64,000 nucleotides of DNA from the NCBI GenBank assembly GCA_900754115.1, contig CAAEBM010000052.1:10716-74715 (forward strand), given 5' to 3'. Both the position numbers and the translations under genes were made by a program. Positions within the stretch are counted from its first letter, which is position 1, and every line of letters begins with the position of its first letter. The notes under the pieces are model-generated. The model did no database searches and had not been told where the DNA came from. It saw only the letters and a program-made list of their open reading frames with translations. Origin of the DNA: Bacilli bacterium. Lineage in GTDB: Bacteria > Bacillota_I > Bacilli_A > RFN20 > CAG-631. Shown piece after piece: positions 49,290 to 59,899 of this stretch.

Positions 49290-51062
49290 TTATTTTTTAG
49301 GAAATGGTGTTCGCGCATGATAGGTAGTATGTAATAATTCATGTGCAAGATGACTATTTGGTTCTTTTAAGTAATTTTGGTATAAATCTTGCACTTGTTT
49401 ATTTAAATGAGAGCGACGAATGACTTGCTTTTCATCTTCAGAATATAAAGCCGAAGCTCTTTTTTGAATGTAGGTATTTAAAATATCTGCATCTTCATTA
49501 GGTAAGAAACAAGGTTTAACGAAAGGTTGTCCTCCACCATTTACACATCCACCAGGGCAACCCATGATTTCAATAAAATGATATTTGGATTCTTTTTTAC
49601 GAATTTGGTCCAATAATGGTTTAGCGTTTTTCATGCCATGCGCTACTGCAATATTGATTTTTAAACCATTAATATCTAATTGAGCTTCTTTAATACCTTC
49701 TAATCCTCTAACAGGTGTAAAATGTAACAAATCTTCTGCCTCTTGGTTTGTAAGCATATGGTAAGCCGTTCTTACAGCTGCTTCCATTACTCCACCTGTC
49801 ACACCAAATATGACACCAGCTCCACTATATTCTCCTAATAAATCTTGATCAAATTCTTCTTCTGGTAAGCGATTGAATTGAATCCCACTTCTTTTGATTA
49901 AAACGGCTAATTCTCGAGTGGTCAAAACAGCATCGACATCTTGTATTCCATTTACAGCATTTTCCTTCCGTTCTTTTTCATATTTTTTGGCAGTACAAGG
50001 CATAATGGAAACGACAAAAATATCTTTTGGATCTAATTGATGTTTTTGTGCATAATAAGACTTAATAATTGCACCAAGCATTTCATGAGGAGACTTACAA
50101 CTGGATAAGTGATCTAATAAATCCCCATAGAAATATTCAGCATAATTTACCCAACCTGGAGAACAAGATGTAATCATTGGTAAAACTCCTTGGTTTTGTA
50201 TGCGATGAATTAATTCGGATGCTTCTTCCATAATGGTTAAATCAGCACCAAAATTCGTATCATAAACTTTTTCAAAACCTAAGCGATGTAAAGCGGCAAC
50301 CATTTTTCCTGTAACAGCTGTTCCAATTGGCAAACCAAACTCTTCACCAAGGGCAGCTCTTACTGCTGGAGCAGTTTGTACAATGACATGCTTTCCTTGA
50401 CGAAAAGCTTCATCAACGAGGTCAATTTCTCCCTTTTCCATTAAAGCACCTGTTGGACAAACATTCACACATTGTCCACATAAAATACAAGGAGAGTTTT
50501 TAAAAGAACGATTATAAGCAGGGCCAACAATCGTTTTAAATCCCCGATTTTCAAAGCCTAAAATGCCAGTACCATGTGCTTCGATACAACGAGTAACACA
50601 TCTTCCACATAAAATACATTTGGAAGTATCGCGAATAATAGAAGGAGTCAATTCATCATAAGTAACTGGTGTTTGTTCACCTAAATAAACATTATCTCTT
50701 GCTCCTGTAATGGTTGCAACATGTAATAACTCACATTTCCCATTCTTTTTACATTGTTGGCAATTTTTAGAGTGATTAGATAAAATTAATTCTACACTTG
50801 TACGACGAGCTTGAACCGCTTTTGGACTAGAGATGATAATTTCCATTCCTTCATTGACAGGATAAACACAAGAAGCGACAAGACCTCTTGCACCTTTTAC
50901 TTCAACTAAACAAACGCGGCATGAACCTTGAGAGCATTTTCCATCATTAAAAGCGCATAGAGTAGGAATTTCATAGCCACATTCTTGTGCTGCTTTTAAA
51001 ATCGTCAATCCTTTTTTTACTTGATAAGGATGTCCTTCAATTTTAATATTTACATATTCCAT
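49290..51062 (-). CDS. hydA: [FeFe]-hydrogenase catalytic subunit (HydA/HndD-type, with N-terminal 2Fe-2S and 4Fe-4S ferredoxin domains)
   Basis: H-cluster motifs L1 TSCSPGW, L2 MPCTAKKYE and L3 EIMGCPGGCVNGGGQP. 590 aa. Confidence 0.9.
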   Translation of the reverse strand: MEYVNIKIEGHPYQVKKGLTILKAAQECGYEIPTLCAFNDGKCSQGSCRVCLVEVKGARGLVASCVYPVNEGMEIIISSPKAVQARRTSVELILSNHSKNCQQCKKNGKCELLHVATITGARDNVYLGEQTPVTYDELTPSIIRDTSKCILCGRCVTRCIEAHGTGILGFENRGFKTIVGPAYNRSFKNSPCILCGQCVNVCPTGALMEKGEIDLVDEAFRQGKHVIVQTAPAVRAALGEEFGLPIGTAVTGKMVAALHRLGFEKVYDTNFGADLTIMEEASELIHRIQNQGVLPMITSCSPGWVNYAEYFYGDLLDHLSSCKSPHEMLGAIIKSYYAQKHQLDPKDIFVVSIMPCTAKKYEKERKENAVNGIQDVDAVLTTRELAVLIKRSGIQFNRLPEEEFDQDLLGEYSGAGVIFGVTGGVMEAAVRTAYHMLTNQEAEDLLHFTPVRGLEGIKEAQLDINGLKINIAVAHGMKNAKPLLDQIRKKESKYHFIEIMGCPGGCVNGGGQPFVKPCFLPNEDADILNTYIQKRASALYSEDEKQVIRRSHLNKQVQDLYQNYLKEPNSHLAHELLHTTYHARTPFPKK

Positions 51063-51074
51063 GATTCCATCCTC

Positions 51075-52940
51075 CTATCGTTTTTCAATGGCATTAAATC
51101 TACATGAAGATTGACACATGCCACATTTAATACATTTACTTTGGTCAATTTCATAAACCGTTTTGCCCACTTCCCCTTTAATACAAGAAACAGGACAATT
51201 CCGCGCACATAAACTACATTTTTTACATTTTTCAGGAACAATGTAGTATTGCATTAATTTTTTGCACACTTTTGCAGGACATTTTTTATCGACAACGTGA
51301 GCAATATATTCATCTTTAAAATGAGTTAGTGTAGAAATAATTGGATTTGCTGCTGTTTGACCAAGTCCACATAAAGAACCCGTTTTTACCGCTTGTCCTA
51401 ATTCTTCTAACGCTTCTATATCTTGTAACGTTCCTTTTCCTTCAGTAATTCTTGTCAATATTTCTAACATTCTTTTCGTTCCAATACGACAAGGAGAACA
51501 TTTTCCACAAGATTCATCACAAATAAATTCCATATAGAATTTAGCGACATCCACCATACAATTATCTTCATCCATGACAATCGCACCACCTGAACCCATC
51601 ATTGAGCCTAGTGCTACTAAATTGTCAAAGTCAATGGGTGTATCTAAATATTTTTCAGTTAAACATCCTCCTGAAGGGCCTCCTGTTTGAATGGCTTTAA
51701 ATTTTTTGCCATTTGGAATTCCTCCACCGATGTCATATATTAATTCCCGTAAGGTCGTTCCCATAGGAATTTCGACTAAACCGACATTATTGATTTTGCC
51801 ACCAAGTGCAAAAACTTTCGTTCCTTTTGACTTTTCTGTTCCAAATTTAGTAAAAGCAGCGGTTCCTTCTCTTAAAATATAAGGAACTGTTGCTAATGTT
51901 TCAACATTGTTAATAATGGTTGGCTTATCCCATAATCCTTTTACAGCAGGAAAGGGTGGACGTGGACGAGGCATTCCTCTTTTTCCTTCAATAGAATTTA
52001 ATAAAGCCGTTTCCTCACCGCAGACAAACGCGCCCGCACCTAAACGAATGTGAACTCTAAAACTAAAATCAGTATTTAAAATGTGATCGCCTAAAAGTCC
52101 CAATTCTTCTGCTTGTTGAATAGCAATTCTTAAGCGTTTTACCGCAACAGGATACTCAGCCCGAACATAAAAATAACCATTTTTAGCGCCAATCGCATAT
52201 CCTGCAATCATCATTCCTTCAATTACAGCTAAAGGATTTCCTTCTAAAATGGAACGATCCATAAAGGCTCCAGGGTCCCCTTCATCACCATTACAAACGA
52301 CATATTTTTCATCATTTTCTTGATCATAAGCGAATTTCCATTTTAATCCTGTTGGAAATCCACCGCCTCCACGACCCCGTAAACCAGAATCTAATACTTG
52401 TTGAATGACCGCAAAACGATCCATTTTTAAAGCATTGGATAATCCTTGAAAAGCACCATATCCTAAAGCTTCTTCTATATTTTCAGGATTAATTGTGCCA
52501 CAACCATGTAAAGCAATTCTTTTCTGTTTTTTATAAAAATTGATGTCATCTTGTTTAGCAACTTTTTCTTTTGTCACTGGATCCACATATAAAAGACGTT
52601 CTACAATTTCATGATTGACAATGTCTTTGTCCACGATTTCAGCGACATCGCTTTCCTTTACTAAACGATACAAAGTATCTTCAGGATAAATTTTAACAAA
52701 TGGTCCTTGAGAACAAAAACCAAAGCAACCTGCAATATTGACACTGACATCTTCTTCTAAATTTCTTTCCTTTAAAATCGCTTTAAATTTTTCAGCAATT
52801 TCAGCAGAATTAGAAGATAGACATCCTGTTCCACCACATAAAATAATCGCTCTTTTTCCTTCGGCACCAGCAAATTTTTTGTCTAAACAACTTTTACAAC
52901 TTTGAATTTTAGCTACTAATTCTTCTTGCGTTTTAATCAT
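51075..52940 (-). CDS. NuoF-like NADH-binding flavoprotein subunit of bifurcating hydrogenase (HydB/HndC)
   Basis: GRGGGGFPTGLKW NADH/FMN site. N-terminal thioredoxin-like 2Fe-2S. C-terminal 2x[4Fe-4S] CxxCxxCxxxCP. Confidence 0.85.
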   Translation of the reverse strand: MIKTQEELVAKIQSCKSCLDKKFAGAEGKRAIILCGGTGCLSSNSAEIAEKFKAILKERNLEEDVSVNIAGCFGFCSQGPFVKIYPEDTLYRLVKESDVAEIVDKDIVNHEIVERLLYVDPVTKEKVAKQDDINFYKKQKRIALHGCGTINPENIEEALGYGAFQGLSNALKMDRFAVIQQVLDSGLRGRGGGGFPTGLKWKFAYDQENDEKYVVCNGDEGDPGAFMDRSILEGNPLAVIEGMMIAGYAIGAKNGYFYVRAEYPVAVKRLRIAIQQAEELGLLGDHILNTDFSFRVHIRLGAGAFVCGEETALLNSIEGKRGMPRPRPPFPAVKGLWDKPTIINNVETLATVPYILREGTAAFTKFGTEKSKGTKVFALGGKINNVGLVEIPMGTTLRELIYDIGGGIPNGKKFKAIQTGGPSGGCLTEKYLDTPIDFDNLVALGSMMGSGGAIVMDEDNCMVDVAKFYMEFICDESCGKCSPCRIGTKRMLEILTRITEGKGTLQDIEALEELGQAVKTGSLCGLGQTAANPIISTLTHFKDEYIAHVVDKKCPAKVCKKLMQYYIVPEKCKKCSLCARNCPVSCIKGEVGKTVYEIDQSKCIKCGMCQSSCRFNAIEKR

Positions 52941-52942
52941 GT

Positions 52943-53431
52943 TTATTCTACTCCTTCACTTGTCCGATATGAATTGATAATCTTGGGAACTTCTTGAACT
53001 GTTAATTTGGGATAAACTTTTCCATTAATGGTCACTGCAGGAGCAATTCCACACGCTCCAATACAGCGTAATGCATCAATTGTAAACAATCCATCTTCTG
53101 TGGTTTCTCCTGGTTGAACATTTAAAAGTTCACAGAACTTATCACATACTTGTTGTGCCCCTTTGACATAACAAGCGGTTCCTAAACAAACTCCAATAAC
53201 ATATTTTCCTTTTGGTTTTAATGAAAAAAAGGAATAGAATGTGATTACACCATATATTTCTGCTACAGGAATTCCTGTCGCTTCTGATATTATTTCTTGT
53301 ACTTCTAATGGAATATATCCATATTTACTTTGTACATCACTTAAAATCATCATTAGTGGTGTTTTTTCATTCGCATATTTTTCTATGATTTGTAATATCT
53401 CTTTTTTGGCTTCTGCCTGAATTAAACCCAT
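52943..53431 (-). CDS. NuoE-like 2Fe-2S subunit (HydC/HndA)
   Basis: CLGTACYVKG ... CIGACGIAPAVTING thioredoxin-like [2Fe-2S] motifs. 162 aa. Confidence 0.85.
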   Translation of the reverse strand: MGLIQAEAKKEILQIIEKYANEKTPLMMILSDVQSKYGYIPLEVQEIISEATGIPVAEIYGVITFYSFFSLKPKGKYVIGVCLGTACYVKGAQQVCDKFCELLNVQPGETTEDGLFTIDALRCIGACGIAPAVTINGKVYPKLTVQEVPKIINSYRTSEGVE

Positions 53432-53541
53432 TGCGAAATCCTCCTCAACATACGATTAATTATATCAAAAAAGTATCCCCGTTGGAATACTAATTGATGA
53501 ATTTTTATCGATTTTTTTTGGAAAAAACAACCAGTTCTGTT

Positions 53542-54018
53542 TCATTGTAAAAGATATCTTTGGAGAGTTTGATTTTTTAATGCGATTTTCCATAAAATAT
53601 AGCCACAAATGAGAATGATACATTCACTGACAAAAACACTTCCCATGGCTAACCATAGTGGTTCATTGATAAAAAAATGTAATTCTAAGCCAATGATAAC
53701 TCCACAACTAACAGCGGCTAAAAACAAACTAAAATAACGATTTTTTACCCAATACAAAAGAAGACAGGCAAGTAGAGTTTGGGCTGTACCAATCAACCAA
53801 TCAAAAGGAAGTCCTGAAAAAATATTCACTAATAAACAGCCACCAACAATTCCAGGAATAAACTTTTTATTAAACATCGCTAAAACTACAAAAATTTCAG
53901 AAATCCGTATATTAATAATGCCATAATTTAATTGACCAAGTGGTAAAGAAAAGACATAATAAAGTGCCAAAATTAAGGCATTTAAAGTAATACTTTGAAT
54001 AATTTTATTTCTTTGCAT
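53542..54018 (-). CDS. queT: QueT-like queuosine-precursor transporter (ECF-type S component)
   Basis: 158 aa, about 5 TM helices. The GIINIRISEIFVVL block resembles the QueT IQFRISEAL signature. A preQ1-like RNA motif lies upstream. Confidence 0.55.
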   Translation of the reverse strand: MQRNKIIQSITLNALILALYYVFSLPLGQLNYGIINIRISEIFVVLAMFNKKFIPGIVGGCLLVNIFSGLPFDWLIGTAQTLLACLLLYWVKNRYFSLFLAAVSCGVIIGLELHFFINEPLWLAMGSVFVSECIILICGYILWKIALKNQTLQRYLLQ

Positions 54019-54025
54019 AAAAAAA

Positions 54026-54085
54026 CCTCCATTGATTTTTTATAGCAGGGTGCCAAGAAGGGTAAAACTGCTTGCCATTATTATA
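54026..54085 (-). promoter_or_regulatory. possible preQ1-I riboswitch upstream of queT
   Basis: Minus strand AGCAG-N19-CUGCU-AUAAAAAAUCAAUGGAGG. The tail closely resembles the B. subtilis preQ1-I consensus (..CCCUCUAUAAAAAACUAAGG) and ends in the SD. The loop is longer than canonical. Confidence 0.35.
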
Positions 54086-54106
54086 TAAAAGGTCTTTTAA
54101 ATTGTA

Positions 54107-54134
54107 AAGAAAAAACTTACCCACGTGGTAAGTT
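54107..54134 (-). terminator. intrinsic terminator after the SGNH-hydrolase gene
   Basis: Minus strand ACUUACC-ACGU-GGGUAAGU followed by UUUUUUCUUU. Confidence 0.65.
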
Positions 54135-55103
54135 TTAGCAAGAAATAATTCGTTCAAACATTTTTAAGTTTCCTTGCGAATTGGGATGTAGTCCATCATT
54201 GCTATACACGGAAACATTTTCAGCATTCCATAAATCGTAAAGAGGAATAAACTTAACTTCATTATAATAACATTGATTGCGTAAAGCTTTATTAAAGTCT
54301 TGTACAATTGGTACTGAACGATACAATAACTCTAAAAAAATGATGCGTAAATTAGGATTGTGCTCTCTTAAAATTTTTACTGCATAATTAATTGCACCCT
54401 TATAAGTAGGATTTTTATCATCATAATTGGTCAACATTTCTGCATCTCTTATTCCAACTGGTGTTGCTTCATCGATGTCATTTGTTCCATATAAAATGAA
54501 AACGTAATCGGCCCATTCATGTTCTTGTTGATGATGATACATGTAGGTTACACCATTTTCTTTTCCTTGATAACGGGAACTATAAGCAATTGTCGTTCCA
54601 CTTTTTGCAAAATTTTGATGTTCAAATTGATAATAATCTTTTAAATGGAGTACATATTCACCTTCCCATTGTTCATATTGGGTAATGGAATCTCCATAAA
54701 AGAGTACATTTTTTTGATATAACCGACCTTTATCCATACTAAAAGTATCTTTTAAAGCATTTTTTGCAAATACTTGAATCGTTATTCCTTGTCTTTTCCC
54801 TTGGTCATCAAATATTTGTAATTGAGCTTTCCCTTCTTTTTTACCGATAATTTCTTGTTGATTTTGAATTGAAAAAATAGAAGAATTGTTTGATTTAAAA
54901 GTAATAGAGGACGTTGCAAACTCTTCTTTTAACATGACTTGAACATTATATACTTCTTCTATTTCAATATCAATTTTATCGACAGTTAAAAAAGTTTCAT
55001 TGGAAGTGATTTCTTCTACATCATTTTCTTTTTTACAACCCGAAATAACCATACAACATAAAAAAATAAACATGAATAAGCATTTTTTTCTCATCATTGG
55101 CAC
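54135..55103 (-). CDS. lipoprotein with Ig-like (Big_2-type) domain and C-terminal SGNH/GDSL hydrolase domain
   Basis: Lipobox VISG-C. GDS motif VLFYGDSITQ, GTNDI and DGLHPN (Asp-x-x-His). Confidence 0.75.
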   Translation of the reverse strand: MPMMRKKCLFMFIFLCCMVISGCKKENDVEEITSNETFLTVDKIDIEIEEVYNVQVMLKEEFATSSITFKSNNSSIFSIQNQQEIIGKKEGKAQLQIFDDQGKRQGITIQVFAKNALKDTFSMDKGRLYQKNVLFYGDSITQYEQWEGEYVLHLKDYYQFEHQNFAKSGTTIAYSSRYQGKENGVTYMYHHQQEHEWADYVFILYGTNDIDEATPVGIRDAEMLTNYDDKNPTYKGAINYAVKILREHNPNLRIIFLELLYRSVPIVQDFNKALRNQCYYNEVKFIPLYDLWNAENVSVYSNDGLHPNSQGNLKMFERIISC

Positions 55104-55182
55104 CTCTTATAAAAAGACTCTCTAAAAATATTATACTTTTTAAGATTAAGAAAGTAAAGAAAAACACTTTCCAAAGAAAGTG

Positions 55183-56601
55183 CTATTCTACTTCGATAAT
55201 ACGAATGGTGTTGGTAGAACCATGTTTTTGTCCCATTCCAGAAGTTAAAATTAAGGTTGTCCCTTTTTCAAATCCAAAATGCATGGCAATTCTTTGAGCT
55301 TCTTCATCCCATTTGACTACATCGTTTTCATACTTTGCAATAATTGGATAGACTCCCCAATAATAACACATTTTTTGACAAGTTTGTGGATTATCCGAAC
55401 AAGCAATAATTGGTACATTGGGACGGAATTTACGAATTCTTTTGGCTGTTCCACCTGTTTCAGTAAACGCAAAAACAGCGGATACATTTTCTAAAGTTAA
55501 ACAACATTCAGTCACGCTAATTCCAATCGCATCGTTTTTAGTGCGTTGACTAGATTTTACTGATCGATATAAATCACTGCGATAGTCTAAAACATCTTCC
55601 ACAGATAAAGCAATTTTATCCATCATTTCAACGCTTTCTACAGGATATTTTCCTACAGCCGATTCTCCACTTAACATAACTGCATCGGTACCATCAAAAA
55701 TGGCATTCGCCACATCGTTTACTTCTGCACGTGTAGGACGTGGTGAAGTAATCATGGATTCTAACATATGCGTTGCCGTGATGACTACTTTTCCCATTTG
55801 ATTTGCCAATTTAATCATTTCTTTTTGATATAATGGCACTTTTTCAGGAAGAACTTCTACTCCTAAATCTCCACGAGCCACCATAATTCCATCTGCAACA
55901 CTTAAAATATCTTTTAAATGGTCCATTCCTTCTTGGCTTTCAATTTTAGCAATCAAAGCAATATCGGGTTTGCCAAACTTTTGTAAAAGTTCTTTTACTG
56001 CTAAAATATCTTCTTTTTTCCGTACAAAAGATAAAGCCAACGTATCCACATCTTGTTTACATGCAAATTCAATATCTTTGTAATCTTGCTTGGAAATAAA
56101 AGGCATACTTAAGGTTACACCAGGAACATTAATTCCTTTACGGTCTTTAATGATGGCTGGATTTTGAAATTCACAGTAAATTTTATTTTCATCACATTCT
56201 AAAACTTTTAAAATGAATTTTCCATCGTCAATTAAAATCGTATTTCCAACTTTTATATCAACAAATAATTCTGGGCAGCAAACTTGGAATTGTTTTTGAT
56301 TTCCAAGACAAGCTTCTTTAACTAAATAAACTCTGTCTCCTTGTTTATATTGTTGCATCCCATTTTCAAAATATCCACAACGGATTTCAGGACCTTTTGT
56401 ATCAATCATTACTCCGACAAAAGCATTTAATTCATTTGCCACTTGACGAATGCGGTTAATTTTCATCTCATATTCTTCATAATTCCCATGGGAACAATTA
56501 ATTCTTGCCACATTCATTCCCGCTTGAATCATCTTTTTTAACATTTCGCAACTTTCTGTAGCTGGTCCAATCGTACAGACAATTTTTGTTTTCCGTCTCA
56601 T
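55183..56601 (-). CDS. pyk: pyruvate kinase
   Basis: MRRKTKIVCTIGPATES. K+ and Mg-site motifs. 472 aa. Confidence 0.95.
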   Translation of the reverse strand: MRRKTKIVCTIGPATESCEMLKKMIQAGMNVARINCSHGNYEEYEMKINRIRQVANELNAFVGVMIDTKGPEIRCGYFENGMQQYKQGDRVYLVKEACLGNQKQFQVCCPELFVDIKVGNTILIDDGKFILKVLECDENKIYCEFQNPAIIKDRKGINVPGVTLSMPFISKQDYKDIEFACKQDVDTLALSFVRKKEDILAVKELLQKFGKPDIALIAKIESQEGMDHLKDILSVADGIMVARGDLGVEVLPEKVPLYQKEMIKLANQMGKVVITATHMLESMITSPRPTRAEVNDVANAIFDGTDAVMLSGESAVGKYPVESVEMMDKIALSVEDVLDYRSDLYRSVKSSQRTKNDAIGISVTECCLTLENVSAVFAFTETGGTAKRIRKFRPNVPIIACSDNPQTCQKMCYYWGVYPIIAKYENDVVKWDEEAQRIAMHFGFEKGTTLILTSGMGQKHGSTNTIRIIEVE

Positions 56602-56650
56602 CTTATTCCTCCTGCAACTAAAAGGTCAATTAAAGAATTGACCTTGTTTT

Positions 56651-57415
56651 TTAATATAAGTTTTGAATTAATTCTATAAATGAGTCACTTTTTAAAGAAG
56701 CTCCACCAACTAATGCACCATCAATATCTTCTTGAGCTAAATATTCTTGAATATTTTCTGGTTTAACTGAACCGCCGTATTGAATGATAACTTCATTTGC
56801 TACTTCTTCTGAATACAATTCTTTAAGAGTTTGCCGAATAAAATGACAAACATCTTGAGCAATTTCACTGCTTGCATTTTTACCAGTTCCAATTGACCAA
56901 ACTGGTTCATAAGCAATAATCATATTTTTTGCTTTTGTAGCTGGAATTTTATTCAATCCTTCAACTAATTGTTGTTTAACTACTTCTTTTGTTTGATTAT
57001 TTTCATATTGCTCTAATGTTTCCCCTACACAATAAATAGGAAACATATCATTACTAAATAAAGCTAGCATTTTTGCATTGCAAGAAGCATTGGTTTCATG
57101 ATAATATTGACGTCTTTCTGAATGGCCAATAATACAATAATTAATGGCAATTTCTTTTAACATTTCAATACTTACTTCACCCGTATAAGCTCCTGATGGA
57201 TGTTCATTCACATTTTGAGCACAAATTAATAAAGGAGAACGTTTAGCTACCGCTGTGGCTAAACATAAATAAGAAGGAGCAATACCAACTACAATGTCTT
57301 TTGTATTCGCAATAGCGACTTCTTCTTTTACTTGGTCGATGAATCGAAAAGCATCTCGATTTAATAAATTCATCTTCCAGTTTCCGATAATTACTTTTTT
57401 TCTCATGGATTTCAC
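56651..57415 (-). CDS. tpiA: triose-phosphate isomerase
   Basis: IIGNWKMN ... GHSERR ... AYEPVWSIGTG catalytic motifs. Confidence 0.95.
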   Translation of the reverse strand: MKSMRKKVIIGNWKMNLLNRDAFRFIDQVKEEVAIANTKDIVVGIAPSYLCLATAVAKRSPLLICAQNVNEHPSGAYTGEVSIEMLKEIAINYCIIGHSERRQYYHETNASCNAKMLALFSNDMFPIYCVGETLEQYENNQTKEVVKQQLVEGLNKIPATKAKNMIIAYEPVWSIGTGKNASSEIAQDVCHFIRQTLKELYSEEVANEVIIQYGGSVKPENIQEYLAQEDIDGALVGGASLKSDSFIELIQNLY

Positions 57416-58630
57416 CTATTTATCTGCAATGACATCAATTCCAGGTAAATGGCCATCTTTTTCGATTAATTCTAAAGATGCTCCTCCACCCGTTGATACA
57501 TGAGAGAATTGATCTTTATAACCAAATTCTGCGGCTGCAGCTGCACTATCGCCACCACCAATAACTGTAAAGGCATCTTTCAATTCAGCTAATGTTTTGC
57601 AAATTGAAATCGTTCCGTTTGCAAACAAAGGATTTTCAAAAACACCCATTGGACCATTCCAAAAGACAATTTTTGCATCTTGTAAAACTTGCTTATACAA
57701 TTCACAGGTTTTCGGTCCAATATCTAATCTTTCATAATTTTCTTTAATTTCTAAACCATTTGTCACTAAAACATCGGTAGGATTAGCAAAATCATCAGCA
57801 ATGACATGGTCAATTGGTAAAACAATTTTGTCTTTTCCTTCTTTTAAACATTTTCTAGCAAAGTCTAATTGATCGGCTTCATAACGAGAAGTTCCAACAT
57901 CATATCCCATTGCTTTTAAGAAAGTACAAGTAATGGCACCACCAATAATGACTTTATCAGCTTTTTCTAATAGTTTTTCAACAACTAGGATTTTATCAGA
58001 AACTTTTGCACCACCTAAAATCGCAACATAAGGGTGTTCATCTGCCCGAACGCATCTTCCAAGTCCTTCTACTTCTTTTTGCATTAAAAATCCTAAAGCT
58101 GTTTGTCTGCCTGTTTGATTTAAAATTTCTGGAATACCATAAGTAGAGCTATGAGCACGGTGAGCAGAACCAAAAGCATCCATGACAAAAACGTCTGCTA
58201 AAGAAGCCCAATACTTCGATAATTCAGCATCGTTTTTGCTTTCTCCTTTTTCATAGCGCGTATTTTGCATTAACAAAACTTCGCCATCTTTTAAATTTGC
58301 AATGGCATCTTCTAATTCTTTTCCTTTTGTCATTGGAACATAAGTCACTTTTGTTTTTAAAAGTTCAGTCACGCGTGGATAAACAAATTTCATATCGTTT
58401 TTAGCCATGTCTGCTTTTTTAGCTTCTTCATCTTTATGATTGATTTTTCCTAAATGAGAAAATAAAACGACTTTGGCTTTTGCATCAATTAAATAATTAA
58501 TCGTTGGTAATGCAGCGACAATACGATTGTCATCACTAATTTTTCCATCACGTAAAGGAACATTAAAATCAACACGTACAAAGACAACTTTTCCTTGAAG
58601 ATTCGTTAAATCTTTAATAGTTTTTTTCAT
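57416..58630 (-). CDS. pgk: phosphoglycerate kinase
   Basis: VFVRVDFNVP N-terminus and GGGASLE C-terminal hinge motif. 404 aa. Confidence 0.95.
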   Translation of the reverse strand: MKKTIKDLTNLQGKVVFVRVDFNVPLRDGKISDDNRIVAALPTINYLIDAKAKVVLFSHLGKINHKDEEAKKADMAKNDMKFVYPRVTELLKTKVTYVPMTKGKELEDAIANLKDGEVLLMQNTRYEKGESKNDAELSKYWASLADVFVMDAFGSAHRAHSSTYGIPEILNQTGRQTALGFLMQKEVEGLGRCVRADEHPYVAILGGAKVSDKILVVEKLLEKADKVIIGGAITCTFLKAMGYDVGTSRYEADQLDFARKCLKEGKDKIVLPIDHVIADDFANPTDVLVTNGLEIKENYERLDIGPKTCELYKQVLQDAKIVFWNGPMGVFENPLFANGTISICKTLAELKDAFTVIGGGDSAAAAAEFGYKDQFSHVSTGGGASLELIEKDGHLPGIDVIADK

Positions 58631-58695
58631 GAGTTTTTCCTCCCTATCATAAATAAAGCACCCAAAAAGAGTGCTTTTTTGTTTTTTTTATTAAC

Positions 58696-59724
58696 TTACT
58701 TTTGTGCAAATTCTTTTGCTAAACGTACAAATTGGCAAGTGTAAGAATTTTCATTGTCATACCAAGCGACAACTTGAACTTGATATAATCCTTCACTAAT
58801 TTTAGTTACCATTGTTTGTGTAGCATCAAATAAGGAACCATAAGTAATACCGATGACATCAGATGAAACTAATGGTTCTTCTGTATATCCAAAAGATGGA
58901 CTAGATTGAGCTTTCATTGCAGCATTAATGCCTTCAACTGTTAAATCTTGCGCTTTAACAACTGCTACCAAAATCGTAGTTGAACCAGTAGGAACTGGAA
59001 CGCGTTGTGCTGATCCGATTAATTTTTTATTTAATTCTGGAATAACTAAACCAATTGCTTTTGCTGCGCCAGTAGAATTAGGAACAATATTTACAGCTGC
59101 AGCACGAGCTCTTCTTAAATCTCCTTTACGATGTGGTCCATCAAGAACCATTTGGTCACCAGTATAGGCATGAACTGTTGTCATGATTCCAGATTGAATT
59201 GGTGCATAATCATTTAATGCTTTTGCCATTGGAGCTAAACAGTTTGTTGTACAAGAAGCTGCAGAAATAATTTGATCTTCAGCAGTCAAAGTATTGTCGT
59301 TTACTCCATAAACGATTGTTTTTAAATCATTTCCTGCAGGAGCTGAAATAATAACTTTTTTCGCTCCAGCATGAATGTGAGCCATGGATTTTTCTTTTGA
59401 ACAATAAAATCCTGTACATTCTAAAACAACATCGACATCTAATGCTTTCCAAGGACAATTTGCAGCATCTTTTTCGGCATAAATACGAATTTTTTTGCCA
59501 TCAACTGCAATCCAACCTTCTGCAGCACCATCTTCAGAACAAGTAACCTTATCTGCTAAAGCATATCTACCTTGTGCAGAATCATATTTTAATAAATGAG
59601 CCAACATTTTTGGGCTTGTTAAATCATTAATCGCTACAACTTCATAGCCTTCTGCGCTAAACATTTGTCTAAATGCTAAACGACCGATTCTTCCGAATCC
59701 ATTAATTGCAATTTTTACACTCAT
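58696..59724 (-). CDS. gap: glyceraldehyde-3-phosphate dehydrogenase
   Basis: INGFGRIGR Rossmann motif and [10 protein letters not shown] active-site motif. 342 aa. Confidence 0.95.
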   Translation of the reverse strand: MSVKIAINGFGRIGRLAFRQMFSAEGYEVVAINDLTSPKMLAHLLKYDSAQGRYALADKVTCSEDGAAEGWIAVDGKKIRIYAEKDAANCPWKALDVDVVLECTGFYCSKEKSMAHIHAGAKKVIISAPAGNDLKTIVYGVNDNTLTAEDQIISAASCTTNCLAPMAKALNDYAPIQSGIMTTVHAYTGDQMVLDGPHRKGDLRRARAAAVNIVPNSTGAAKAIGLVIPELNKKLIGSAQRVPVPTGSTTILVAVVKAQDLTVEGINAAMKAQSSPSFGYTEEPLVSSDVIGITYGSLFDATQTMVTKISEGLYQVQVVAWYDNENSYTCQFVRLAKEFAQK

Positions 59725-59899
59725 ACGAAAAATCTCCTTTCCATCATTTCTTTTATTATTCGTACATATTAATTATAAATTAAACCGAAATATTGTCAAT
59801 AATTTAAACGGAATTTTTGCTAGAAAATAATATTTTATAAAATATTATTGTGTATAAATTCTGAATTAAGGACATAATGTAAGGTAGGAGGACAAACCA

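Noticed and set aside
51050-51241. 63-aa ORF overlapping the hydB 3' end and hydA start
   Set aside because: Lies out of frame inside two well-supported hydrogenase genes. It has no RBS and its amino-acid composition is atypical.
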